From assembly GCA_046302855.1 (NCBI GenBank), contig JBKCHH010000059.1, forward strand, positions 1 to 55,523: 55,523 nt of DNA, given 5' to 3'. This DNA comes from Alphaproteobacteria bacterium. Lineage in GTDB: Bacteria; Pseudomonadota; Alphaproteobacteria; Rickettsiales; UBA8987. The notes beneath the pieces were generated by a model. That model worked only from the letters and a program-made list of their open reading frames with translations. It searched no databases and was not told where the DNA came from. Made by a program: the position numbers and the translations under genes. Below are positions 37,251 through 46,192 of this stretch, one piece after another (the stretch's first letter is position 1; each line of letters opens with the position of its first letter).

Positions 37251-37652
37251 ATGTATCACACCTATAAAACAATTACGAACGGGGTAGAGGTTTCTGCCAC
37301 CCCTATTTATTTAAAAGAGGAGTCTTTCCCTAGTGAGAACTTTTATGTTTGGGCGTATCAGATAAAAATTGAAAACAACTCTAAAAAAACCCTGCAACTT
37401 ATAAAAAGGCACTGGACGATTATAGATAACAATGCCCAAAAGTTTGAAGTAAAGGGTGATGGTGTGGTTGGCAAACAGCCGACCCTTAGACCACATGATG
37501 TGTTTGAATATGCCTCTGGCACCCATCTTTTTGCTCCAAATGGCGTAATGCGTGGCATATATGAAATGCAAGACGAAAATGGTGAGATATTAAAGGTAGA
37601 AATCCCCACCTTTTCCTTAGATAGTAGCGATGCTAAGCCCGTGTTGAATTAA
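37251..37652 (+). CDS. apaG: ApaG (DUF525) protein
   Basis: 133 aa with FYVWAYQIKIEN, RHWTI and GDGVVGKQP. Confidence 0.85.
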   Translation: MYHTYKTITNGVEVSATPIYLKEESFPSENFYVWAYQIKIENNSKKTLQLIKRHWTIIDNNAQKFEVKGDGVVGKQPTLRPHDVFEYASGTHLFAPNGVMRGIYEMQDENGEILKVEIPTFSLDSSDAKPVLN

Positions 37653-37658
37653 GGCTTA

Positions 37659-38294
37659 TCACTCCTCTTCCTTTCTAGTAAAATCTGCTCTTGAGGCAAT
37701 TACCTTATCTGCTATGCCAAATTCCACTGCCTTTTCAGCCGACATAAAGTTATCCCGCTCCATATTTTTTTCAATCACTTCTAGCTTTTGCCCAGTGTGC
37801 TTAACATATAGCTTATTAAGCCTGCCTTTTAAATCTAAAATCTCTTTGGCGTGAATTTCAATATCAGTTGCCTGCCCTCTAAAACCACCTGATGGTTGGT
37901 GAATCATAATTCTTGCATTGGGTAGAACAAACCTTTTGCCCTTAGTGCCAGCCGTTAAAAGTAGCGAGCCCATAGAGGCAGCCTGCCCCATACACAAGGT
38001 TGCAACATCACACTTTATATATTGCATGGTATCATAAATTGCTAAACCTGAGGTAACCACACCACCAGGCGAATTAATATACATAAAAATATCTTTATTT
38101 GGCGATTCTGATTCTAAAAAAAGTAACTGAGCCACCACTAAACTTGCCATATGGTCTTCCACCCCGCCATTTACGAATACAATCCTTTCTTTTAGTAGCC
38201 TTGAATAGATGTCAAAAGCCCTTTCCCCTTTGTTAGTGGTTTCAATAACAATAGGAACTAATTGCGAAATTAAATCTTGATTATCCATATACAT
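37659..38294 (-). CDS. clpP: ATP-dependent Clp protease proteolytic subunit
   Basis: Contains the catalytic Ser in GQAASMGS and MIHQPSGG. Confidence 0.95.
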   Translation of the reverse strand: MYMDNQDLISQLVPIVIETTNKGERAFDIYSRLLKERIVFVNGGVEDHMASLVVAQLLFLESESPNKDIFMYINSPGGVVTSGLAIYDTMQYIKCDVATLCMGQAASMGSLLLTAGTKGKRFVLPNARIMIHQPSGGFRGQATDIEIHAKEILDLKGRLNKLYVKHTGQKLEVIEKNMERDNFMSAEKAVEFGIADKVIASRADFTRKEEE

Positions 38295-38376
38295 CTAGTT
38301 TTTAGTAGAATTTTAGAGGAGAGAAATTTATAAGCAACCCCATATAAGAAAATGTTATAAGAAAAAAAAGCAAGCT

Positions 38377-39075
38377 ATGCAAAAAACCTATTATCTATAC
38401 GGCAAACATGCCTGTATTTCTGCCTTAAACAATAGGGCTAGAAAAATCTTATCGGTAGAGGTAAGTGAGGGGTTTTATGCAAAACATAAGGATGAGCTAA
38501 TTCCATTTAAAAACATTAGAGTAGTAAAGCCACAAGAATTAGATAATAGGGTGGGTAAAAACATTCAACATCAAGGGATTGTAATAAAAACTGAAAGTAT
38601 AGTTCAGCCAGACCTTAACAAAACCCTCGCAACCGCAAAAAGAATAGTTTTGCTAGACCAACTTTCAGATGCCCATAATATTGGTTCCATTTTAAGAAGC
38701 TCCCTTGCCTTTGGCGTAGATGCGGTATTTAATACTAAAGATAACAGCTTTTCAGATGAGGCGGTAATAGCCAAAGTAGCAAGTGGTGCTTTTGAGCATA
38801 TTCCCTATTATGAAGTTGGGAATTTGGTAAGGCTAATGGAAGATTTAAAAAAACAAGAATTTTGGCTACTTGGTTTAACTGCAGATGCCAAACAAACAAT
38901 TAGGGAAGTAAAGGGTTTTGAAAGGCTGGCAATCGTGCTGGGTGCAGAAGGGCAAGGGCTTCGCCAATTAACCGAAAAAACCTGCGATATTTTGGCAAAA
39001 ATTCCCATTTCTAATAAAATGGAGAGTCTAAATGCCTCAATAGCCCTAGCCGTTGCTTTGTATGAGCTGACTTAA
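38377..39075 (+). CDS. SpoU/TrmH-family RNA 2'-O-methyltransferase (RlmB-like)
   Basis: Contains DAHNIGSILRS, LGAEGQGL and ESLNASIA. Confidence 0.82.
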   Translation: MQKTYYLYGKHACISALNNRARKILSVEVSEGFYAKHKDELIPFKNIRVVKPQELDNRVGKNIQHQGIVIKTESIVQPDLNKTLATAKRIVLLDQLSDAHNIGSILRSSLAFGVDAVFNTKDNSFSDEAVIAKVASGAFEHIPYYEVGNLVRLMEDLKKQEFWLLGLTADAKQTIREVKGFERLAIVLGAEGQGLRQLTEKTCDILAKIPISNKMESLNASIALAVALYELT

Positions 39076-39092
39076 AACTAATTGAGGTTTTT

Positions 39093-39665
39093 ATGCCATC
39101 AAAAATAAGAGAAATTTTAGATGATTTAGCAGGTGCAGAAGAGGTGGAAAGATTGCTATTTAACGAAGTGAAGACTAGCAGGCTTAGTTTAGAAGAGTTA
39201 GAGCTAATTGTTGAAATATTTAAAAACTCCCATTCAAAAATTAGTCCTAAAACCTTAGCTGGTATAATTATAGATTATTTGAGTAAAAAAAATATAGCCA
39301 AAGACTATGAACCAACACAAGAAAAAACAATAAAAAAGAAAAACGAAGAGCTACTAAAAAATATAATTTTTAATCGTGAAATTAACTTAATAAGGTGGAA
39401 AACTCTGCCCAGCCAAAATAGCCAAGAAAACTCTTCCACTTTCATGCAGGGCGATTTTGGGTTAGATATTCAAGATCATCTACCCCTTGTAATAATAGCC
39501 GAAAGGATTGTGAAGGATGGTGTTATTTCACCCCAAGAGATTCAAGATTTCGCCATTAAAGCATCTGAAATAACGGGCAGAAAGATAGATAAAAAAGAAG
39601 CAGAAAAATTCCTCATTCACTTTGCGGCCGTTCATTTAAACAAGGCGCTAGAGATAAGCCGTTGA
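39093..39665 (+). CDS. Hypothetical protein (no recognisable family)
   Basis: 190-aa ORF with SD GAGG 7 nt upstream, 17 nt after the methyltransferase gene. It is acidic and helical with no signal peptide. Confidence 0.45.
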   Translation: MPSKIREILDDLAGAEEVERLLFNEVKTSRLSLEELELIVEIFKNSHSKISPKTLAGIIIDYLSKKNIAKDYEPTQEKTIKKKNEELLKNIIFNREINLIRWKTLPSQNSQENSSTFMQGDFGLDIQDHLPLVIIAERIVKDGVISPQEIQDFAIKASEITGRKIDKKEAEKFLIHFAAVHLNKALEISR

Positions 39666-39682
39666 TGTGTAAGGATTTTAGC

Positions 39683-41458
39683 TCAAACCCTTTCAAATAA
39701 ACTCTCTAGGTTTTTGAGCGATAGCTTTAAGTAAGTTGGTCGCCCATGATTGCACTGGGCTGATTGAGGCGTTTTTTCAATTAAGCGAAGCAGGGCGTTC
39801 ATTTCTTCTATATTCATTTTTCGCCCCTGCCTAATTGAATTGTGGCAGGCAGCTGTTTCTAAGATATGCTCTAAAAGTTTATCGTGCGAATTTATGGTGT
39901 TAGAGGTTTTAATATCAGAAATAATATCTTTGAAAAATTTTGGGATATTATAGTTGGCAAATATGGCTGGAATTTGCTTTAGCTCTATAGCATTTTCACC
40001 AAATTCGCTAAATTTAAAGCCTAAATCTTCTAGCTCCTTTTGTTTGGATAAGATAAATTCTATATCGCCAAAATTAAACTCTATAATTTCTGGAATTAGC
40101 AGTTTTTGTAGCTTTTTTTCTGATGCTTCAAACTTAATTTTTAAATCTTCATAAACAATTCTCTCATGTGCTGCGTGCTGATCTACTATCACCATTTCTT
40201 CCCCTGTTTGGGCGATGATATAAGAATTATTAAATTGGCATAGGGCGTAGCCTAGATGAAGATTGTTTGGCTGTGGTTTTGGAGAAGAGAGGTTTTTATA
40301 GGGGGTTTCTTCTTTTTCGGCGAAGGAATTTTCAATAAAATTGTAAGTTCTTTCTGGAGACTTTTCCGGAAAGGAAAATTTAATATTTTCTACAATCTTT
40401 TGCTCCGCCACACTACCTATATGGCTTGAGGCAAATTGGCTTTTTTGAAAAAGAGCGTTTTTTATAGATGAGATTATAAAACCCCGCACCAGATTTTCAT
40501 CTTGAAATCTAACTTCACTTTTAGCGGGGTGAACATTCACATCCACAAATTCGCTAGGAATGTTAAGATTCATCAACAAAATGGGGTATCTGCCCCTTGG
40601 AATAACATCTTGATAGGCAATTCTTATGGCTAGGCTAATTAGCTTATCTTTTAAAGGGCGTTTATTTACAAAAATATACTGATCACTAGTATTAGGGGCA
40701 TTATAGGTGGGGAGCGAAATATAGGCCTCTAGCTCTAAATAGTCTCTTTGTTCACTTACAAAAATAGAATTTTCTAGAAAGTCTTTGCCTAAAATTTTTT
40801 TGATTCTCTCCTCCAAATTTTTTTCAGGCAAATTAAGGTGAGGGGTGGCGCTTTTTAAAATTTCCTTATCATCAATTATTAGGCTAAAATCCACATTCTC
40901 ATTGGCTAGAATAAAGGTTTTTACCCGCTCGATAATTGCCCTTTTTTCACTCTCATTATTTTTTAAAAACTTTAGCCTTGCTGGGGTGGCAAAGAACAAA
41001 TCTTCAATCTCTACCCTTGTTCCCTTTTGAATTGCACTTGGAATAAGGGGGTGTTTTTTCCCTGCCTCTACCTTTATTTCATAACCTTCATTTAGTTTCG
41101 CATCAAAAGAGGAAATTTTTAACCTTGCTACAGAGGCAATGGAAGCCAAAGCCTCACCCCTAAAACCAAAGTTTTTAATGTTGATTAGGTCATCAAAAGG
41201 GAGTTTAGAGGTAGTATGCCTTTCAACTGATAGGTCTAAATCTCTTTTACTCATACCACTGCCGTTATCTTTTATACTTATATAAGATTTGCCACCGTTT
41301 TTTATGATAATTTGAATAGTGCTAGAGCCTGCATCAAGGGCATTTTCTACCAGTTCCTTTACAACTGAGGCTGGCTTTTCAATAACCTCGCCCGCGGCAA
41401 TGCGGTTTATTAAGATGGGGGGGAGCTGTCTTATTCTATCCAACATTATTTGAGGCAA
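39683..41458 (-). CDS. mutL: DNA mismatch repair protein MutL
   Basis: Contains the GHKL N-terminus IAAGEVIEKPASVVKELVENALDAG and C-terminal CNHGRPT. Confidence 0.95.
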   Translation of the reverse strand: MPQIMLDRIRQLPPILINRIAAGEVIEKPASVVKELVENALDAGSSTIQIIIKNGGKSYISIKDNGSGMSKRDLDLSVERHTTSKLPFDDLINIKNFGFRGEALASIASVARLKISSFDAKLNEGYEIKVEAGKKHPLIPSAIQKGTRVEIEDLFFATPARLKFLKNNESEKRAIIERVKTFILANENVDFSLIIDDKEILKSATPHLNLPEKNLEERIKKILGKDFLENSIFVSEQRDYLELEAYISLPTYNAPNTSDQYIFVNKRPLKDKLISLAIRIAYQDVIPRGRYPILLMNLNIPSEFVDVNVHPAKSEVRFQDENLVRGFIISSIKNALFQKSQFASSHIGSVAEQKIVENIKFSFPEKSPERTYNFIENSFAEKEETPYKNLSSPKPQPNNLHLGYALCQFNNSYIIAQTGEEMVIVDQHAAHERIVYEDLKIKFEASEKKLQKLLIPEIIEFNFGDIEFILSKQKELEDLGFKFSEFGENAIELKQIPAIFANYNIPKFFKDIISDIKTSNTINSHDKLLEHILETAACHNSIRQGRKMNIEEMNALLRLIEKTPQSAQCNHGRPTYLKLSLKNLESLFERV

Positions 41459-42071
41459 CCAGTTCCAAAAATTCTGCTCTAGTTCTAGGGTCAGTTTTAA
41501 ATAAACCAGTTACTTTAGAAGTGATGGTTGAGGTATCTGTCTTATGCACCCCTCTAGTCGTCATACATTGGTGTTTGGCATCGATAATAACCGCCACACC
41601 CTTTGGTTTTAGAACCCTATCTAGAGTTTCTGCTATTTGTGCCGTCATGGTTTCTTGCGTTTGTAGGCGTTTGGCGTAGATATCTACTAGCCTTGCAATT
41701 TTACTAATTCCAACCACCCTTTTATTTGGAATATATGCAACATGCGCCTTGCCTATTACTGCCACCATATGGTGTTCACAGTGGGATTCTAACCGCATGT
41801 TTTTTAACAAAACAATCTCATCGTAATTTTCCACCTCTTCAAAGGTTTTTGAAAGGATTTCTTCAGGATCAACATTATAACCTTCAAAAAACTCTTCGTA
41901 AGCCTCAACTACTCTTTTAGGCGTATCAATTAACCCTTCTCTTAAAGGATTATCCCCCGCCCAAGCAATTAGGGTTTGCACGGCAAGCATTGCCTCTTCT
42001 TTAGAAGGCCTTGCCTTTATAAGGCTACTTTTTTTTGCCAAAACTATTTCTTTGTGATTATTACTGTTCAT
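41436..42071 (-). CDS. folE: GTP cyclohydrolase I (FolE type 1)
   Basis: Contains SHCEHHMV and TMTAQIAE. I chose the ATG at 42071 (MNSNNHKE) because the longer ORF to 42191 runs through the hisI start region. Confidence 0.9.
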   Translation of the reverse strand: MNSNNHKEIVLAKKSSLIKARPSKEEAMLAVQTLIAWAGDNPLREGLIDTPKRVVEAYEEFFEGYNVDPEEILSKTFEEVENYDEIVLLKNMRLESHCEHHMVAVIGKAHVAYIPNKRVVGISKIARLVDIYAKRLQTQETMTAQIAETLDRVLKPKGVAVIIDAKHQCMTTRGVHKTDTSTITSKVTGLFKTDPRTRAEFLELVASNNVG

Positions 42072-42123
42072 TATAATAAGTTTTTGTATTATATATAGCG
42101 TTAACACCTTTACTTCAAGTGTT

Positions 42124-42468
42124 ATGAAAAAAGAAATTGAAAAGTTTATTGCCACTATAAAATTTAATGAGCAGGGCTTAATTCCAGCCATTGCACAGGA
42201 TTATAAAACCAATCAAGTGCTAATGCTTGCCTATATGAATGAAGATTCTATTAGAAAAACCCTTTTAACCAAAAAAGTGCATTACTTTTCCCGTTCTCGC
42301 AATAAGCAATGGATGAAGGGCGAAACCTCCAACCACATTCAACACTTAAAAGATTTATATATAGATTGTGATAATGATACAATTCTACTAAAGGTAGAGC
42401 AGGTTGGAAATGCTTGCCACACTGGGGAAATGAGTTGTTTTTTTACTAATGTTTCCAATTTTGAGTAA
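42124..42468 (+). CDS. hisI: Phosphoribosyl-AMP cyclohydrolase
   Basis: 114 aa with GLIPAIAQD, YFSRSRNKQWMKGETSN, DCDNDTILLKVEQVG and ACHTGEMSCF. Confidence 0.85.
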   Translation: MKKEIEKFIATIKFNEQGLIPAIAQDYKTNQVLMLAYMNEDSIRKTLLTKKVHYFSRSRNKQWMKGETSNHIQHLKDLYIDCDNDTILLKVEQVGNACHTGEMSCFFTNVSNFE

Positions 42469-42499
42469 TCTACCTCAAAAAGTTTTTGTCCGATTTTGC

Positions 42500-42529
42500 T
42501 TGAAAGTTTTAATTATTATATGATATAAT
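42500..42529 (+). promoter_or_regulatory. Putative sigma-70 promoter with extended -10
   Basis: TTGAAA, an 18-nt spacer, then TGaTATAAT, 37 nt upstream of the ATG at 42566. Confidence 0.4.
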
Positions 42530-42565
42530 TGTGGCAATAACCAAGCAACCTAAGGGGTTAATTAT

Positions 42566-43279
42566 ATGGTAACTAATTCTAGAGCTAGAAAATCCGTAAC
42601 GGCCAGCGTTTCTTATGATGAGGGCTTAAGACTATACTTTTTAAACATCTACAACTACATGGCGATTGGCCTTGGTTTAACAGGTGTTGTGGCATTCTTT
42701 TCAAGTAAAATACCAGGTCTTGCACAGGCTGTGGCTACGGGGCCCCTTCATTGGGTTTTGCTTATTGGCTTAATTGGCTATGTGTTCTTTATAAGCGCTA
42801 AGATTCTTACTATGGAGAAAAAAACGGCATTGACCCACTTTTTCATCTATTCTAGCCTTATGGGTCTGCTATATTCTACCCTGATGTTGGTTTATACAGG
42901 CGAGAGTTTAGCTAGAGTGTTTTTCATCACTGCTGCTATGTTTGGCGGCATGAGCCTTTTTGGTTATACTACTAAAAAGAACCTGTCTGGGCTTGGCTCT
43001 TTCTTAATTATGGGAGCTTGGGGTATATTTATTGCCTTTATAGTAAATATATTTTTGCAAAGCCCAGTTCTTCACTATGTCGCAAGCTTTATTGGCATAA
43101 TAGTATTTACTGGAATGATAGCCTATGACACGCAAAAGTTTAAATCTATGTATTATCAATTAGGTGGCGTGCCAGAAATGAGGGATAGAGTTTCTGTTCT
43201 AGCTGCTCTTAGCCTTTACTTAGATTTCGTTAATCTATTTATAATGTTGCTACAGTTCTTTGGCCAGAGAAGGGACTAA
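42566..43279 (+). CDS. Bax inhibitor-1/YccA family membrane protein
   Basis: 237 aa with 7 TM segments, AYDTQK, and C-terminal LYLDFVNLF. Confidence 0.88.
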   Translation: MVTNSRARKSVTASVSYDEGLRLYFLNIYNYMAIGLGLTGVVAFFSSKIPGLAQAVATGPLHWVLLIGLIGYVFFISAKILTMEKKTALTHFFIYSSLMGLLYSTLMLVYTGESLARVFFITAAMFGGMSLFGYTTKKNLSGLGSFLIMGAWGIFIAFIVNIFLQSPVLHYVASFIGIIVFTGMIAYDTQKFKSMYYQLGGVPEMRDRVSVLAALSLYLDFVNLFIMLLQFFGQRRD

Positions 43280-43310
43280 TAACAGAGGATTATGATAAAT
43301 TAAGAAAAAC

Positions 43311-43451
43311 CGTCATTGCGAGCGAGAGCTTTGCTCGAGCGTGGCAATCCACAACAATGGTGTTTCTTTAAAAAACATCTGAAACCCAAGCTCTATCTTG
43401 TTTATGGATTGCTTCGTCGCCCAAAATAAATTTTGGCTCCTCGCAATGACG
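43311..43451 (+). repeat. Family-A RPE-like palindromic element, copy A2
   Basis: Has the same termini and core as 15278-15406, with an extra ccaaaataaattttgg insert in the right arm. Confidence 0.88.
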
Positions 43452-43489
43452 ATCTATATTTTAGCAAACACCCCTACTTACCAACCCAC

Positions 43490-43882
43490 CTACTTCTTCC
43501 CGCCCTTTTTCTCTTTTATTAACTCTTGGTTTAGTAGTTCTTTTTCAGAAATTAGCCTTACCCATTTTACATCTATTTCTGGAGAAATTACAAATTTTCT
43601 TTCCACATTGCCGTTTATTTCTAGCATTGTATATGGAGTAATTGGCTCTTTGGGGAATTCACTTTCATCTATATCAACCCTTATTTCGCCCGTTCCATCT
43701 GAAAACATATATTTTTTAAAGCCAACCTTTTTGGTAACATGCCCTCGCAAGGTTACATAAATATCATCAACTGGCTTTTCTAAAAGGTCTTTAATAGTAT
43801 TATCGCCGGAAGAATCTGGACCTATATACTGGGCTAGCAGTAAGGTAGGGCAAAAAATTATTACTAGTAAAAGTTTTTTCAT
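43490..43882 (-). CDS. YgiW/YdeI-family periplasmic OB-fold (BOF) protein
   Basis: Has a signal peptide and YVTLRGHVTKKVGFKKYMFSDGTGEIRVDID. Confidence 0.8.
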   Translation of the reverse strand: MKKLLLVIIFCPTLLLAQYIGPDSSGDNTIKDLLEKPVDDIYVTLRGHVTKKVGFKKYMFSDGTGEIRVDIDESEFPKEPITPYTMLEINGNVERKFVISPEIDVKWVRLISEKELLNQELIKEKKGGKK

Positions 43883-43911
43883 AACGAAAACGAAAGTAGA
43901 GGCAGGGGGTT

Positions 43912-45004
43912 TTAATTCAAATTATTCAAAAATTCCACCATAAACTTATCTAAATCACCATCTAAAACACCATCTGTATCAGAAGTTTCGCAACCAGTTC
44001 TTAAATCCTTCACCATTTGGTAGGGGTGCAAAACATAAGAACGGATTTGATTGCCCCAAGAATTATCTGTTTTTTGGGCATTTTCACTATCTAGCATTGC
44101 CTCTTTTTTGCTAAGTTCTAGTTCATAAAGCCTTGCCTTTAACATGTTCATAGCCTCATCTTTATTGCGATGTTGCGATCTGCCACTTTGGCACTGGGTA
44201 ACAATGTTAGTTGGAATATGGGTAATGCGAACCGCACTTTCGGTTTTATTTACATGTTGCCCGCCCTTACCACCTGAGCGATAGGTATCAATCCGCAAAT
44301 CTTTTTCATCTATTTCTATTGTTATAGAATCATCAACCTCTGGGTAAGCCCAAATGCCAGCAAAGGAAGTGTGCCTTTTTTTGTTAGCATCAAAGGGAGA
44401 AATTCTAACCAAGCGATGCACGCCCTTTTCACTCTTAACCCAACCATAGGCATATTTGCCCTCCAGCTTAATAGTGGCAGATTTAATTCCTGCCTCTTCA
44501 CCTTCTATAAGAGCCACTATTTCAGTTTTAAACTTGTGCTTTTCTGCAAAACGCAGATACATTCGCATTAGCATTTCTGCCCAATCACAACTTTCTGTGC
44601 CACCCGCACCGGCATTAATTTCTATAAAACAATTACTAAAATCTGCCTCCCCTTGAAACAAGGCTTCAGTTTTTGCCTTTTCGATTTCTTTTGCAAAAAC
44701 AACCAGTTGTTCTTTAATTTTGGCAGATTCTTGCAAATCACTTTCATAAAGTGCAGATAGTTCTTTTAAATCTAAAAACTCTCTTTCGAAAAACTCAATC
44801 TTAGTAATTTTTTCTTCAACAATCCTTTGCTCCTTTAGGAATTTTTGAGCATTTTCTTTGTTATTCCATAGGTCTGGATTTTCAGTTATTTGCTTTATTT
44901 CGCTAAGCCTTTGCTGTAGTTGAGGGAGGTCAAAGATAACCCCTTATTATCTTTAACGAACCTTCAATTGATTTTATAATATCAGCAACTGGTAGATGGT
45001 GCAT
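43912..45004 (-). CDS. prfB: Peptide chain release factor 2 (requires programmed +1 frameshift)
   Basis: Frame 0: ATG at 45004, MHHLPVADIIKSIEGSLKIIRGYL, then TGA at 44932-44930. The +1 frame runs from 44931 (DLPQLQQRLSEIK...) into the 274-aa ORF with SPF and GGQ motifs. Total about 363 aa. Confidence 0.93.
44929..44944 (-). promoter_or_regulatory. RF2 autoregulatory +1 frameshift site
   Basis: The minus strand reads AGGGGttatCTTTGAC: an SD-like AGGGG followed by the CUU UGA C slippery stop. Confidence 0.9.
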
Positions 45005-45013
45005 AGCTATAGA

Positions 45014-45982
45014 TTATAGGTGCTTTTCGTTGATGATTCTTTTTATTTCCTTTTCAACCTGCCTTTCTACAATTTGGGCAAGGTTATCATCTAACCATTT
45101 GATAATTATGGGCTTTACTGCCTCCCTTACCAAATCATCTAAAGTGGTTGATTGTTTTCTGGTAGCTTCGCCCACTAAATCCATATAGCCCTTTAGCTTA
45201 CTTAACGATTCTTTAGTGGCAGAAAGGCTTGGTTCAGAAAGGTTGTGATAAACATTTTCAGCTATTTCTTCTGATTTAAATATATCCAAACTACCTTCAT
45301 TTTCAGGCGATACTGATTGAGCTATAGGTTCTACCTTTGGTGTATGATGGGTGGGTTTATCTTCCCACAGGTGAGCGTCTTTAGAGCTATCCAGAGAACT
45401 ATCTAATTGAGCTAAAATAGCTATTGTTTTATTTTTAGGGTTTTCATGTTGGTTTTCGTTTGAGTTATCATTTTTCATAGGGTTATTAAGGTTAGGAGTG
45501 GTTTCTAATGGTTTACTTTCTTCTAATTTAATCTCTAATTTAATCTCTGGTTTAATTTCTGGCTTTGTTTCTATTTTTACTTCAGGAATAACTATTTTTT
45601 CTGGTTCAGGCTTAACATCAACTTTAACCTCTGGCTTGATTTCTGCTTTAACCTCTGGTTTTGCAACCTGTGATTTTACTGAGGAATCTAAAATATCATC
45701 AATTTCATCTATAACAGATTTTGGAGCAGGGGTTTGAGCTAAAACAACGGTAGCATCCTTTTCTACAATGTTTTTTTGGCTTAAATTTTCTACCAAATCT
45801 TTTTTTTCTTCAACTTTTGTCTCAGCTGGTGTTTTTTGATAAACAGCTGTTAGGTTTAACACCTCTTCCTCATGCCCACCCTCTTTATCATTATTGCCAC
45901 TAATAATATCCTTAATAGAGCCTAAGATTGTGTTTACATCCTTTGCTTCTTCTGGTTGATTTTTCTTTTTAAAGCCAAACAC
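45014..45982 (-). CDS. popZ: PopZ-like pole-organising protein (DUF2497)
   Basis: N-terminal ILGSIKDIISG, a Pro/Glu/Lys-rich repeat linker, and a C-terminal DUF2497 region LDDLVREAVKPIIIKWLDDNLAQIVERQVEKEIKRI. Confidence 0.7.
   Translation of the reverse strand: MFGFKKKNQPEEAKDVNTILGSIKDIISGNNDKEGGHEEEVLNLTAVYQKTPAETKVEEKKDLVENLSQKNIVEKDATVVLAQTPAPKSVIDEIDDILDSSVKSQVAKPEVKAEIKPEVKVDVKPEPEKIVIPEVKIETKPEIKPEIKLEIKLEESKPLETTPNLNNPMKNDNSNENQHENPKNKTIAILAQLDSSLDSSKDAHLWEDKPTHHTPKVEPIAQSVSPENEGSLDIFKSEEIAENVYHNLSEPSLSATKESLSKLKGYMDLVGEATRKQSTTLDDLVREAVKPIIIKWLDDNLAQIVERQVEKEIKRIINEKHL
45524..45665 (-). repeat. In-frame 12-nt periodic tandem repeat encoding (K/E)P-E-(I/V)-K units
   Basis: taatttaatctc appears twice, then tggtttaatttc and tggctttgtttc, with degenerate repeats beyond. 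It encodes KPEIKPEIKLEIKLE / KPEVKAEIKPEVKVDVKPE. Confidence 0.75.
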
Positions 45983-46046
45983 TTTTTTTGAAATTTATTT
46001 AATCAAATATTGAATTATATTTTTGAAAATACAACCTAAAATTAAA

Positions 46047-46192
46047 AAGACCTTTGCATAATTCGCTTATATGAAATTTTTATGCTTTTGCTTGAGAGGC
46101 GAAAACCGGATTTTACAAGAAGTAAATGAGGATTTGAGCATCAAAAACAAATGCATAAAAATCCATAGAAGTTAGAATTAGGCATGGTCTTT
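46047..46192 (+). repeat. Family-B palindromic repeat element, copy B3
   Basis: About 88% identical to B2. Its right end abuts and overlaps the phoX-like stop codon. Confidence 0.88.

Noticed and set aside
38333-38340. The motif CCCCATAT (a sigma-32 -10-like element) in the clpP/methyltransferase divergent region.
   Set aside because: It faces the methyltransferase gene, not clpP. No CTTGAA -35 lies at the proper spacing on either strand.
43398-43760. A 120-aa plus-strand ORF, and the 63-aa ORF at 50566-50757.
   Set aside because: Both begin inside family-A repeat copies. The first then runs antisense to ygiW. The translations look like typical repeat-derived artefacts.
43912-45004. The possibility that prfB is a frameshifted pseudogene.
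   Set aside because: The break coincides exactly with the conserved SD-CUU-UGA-C programmed +1 frameshift site.
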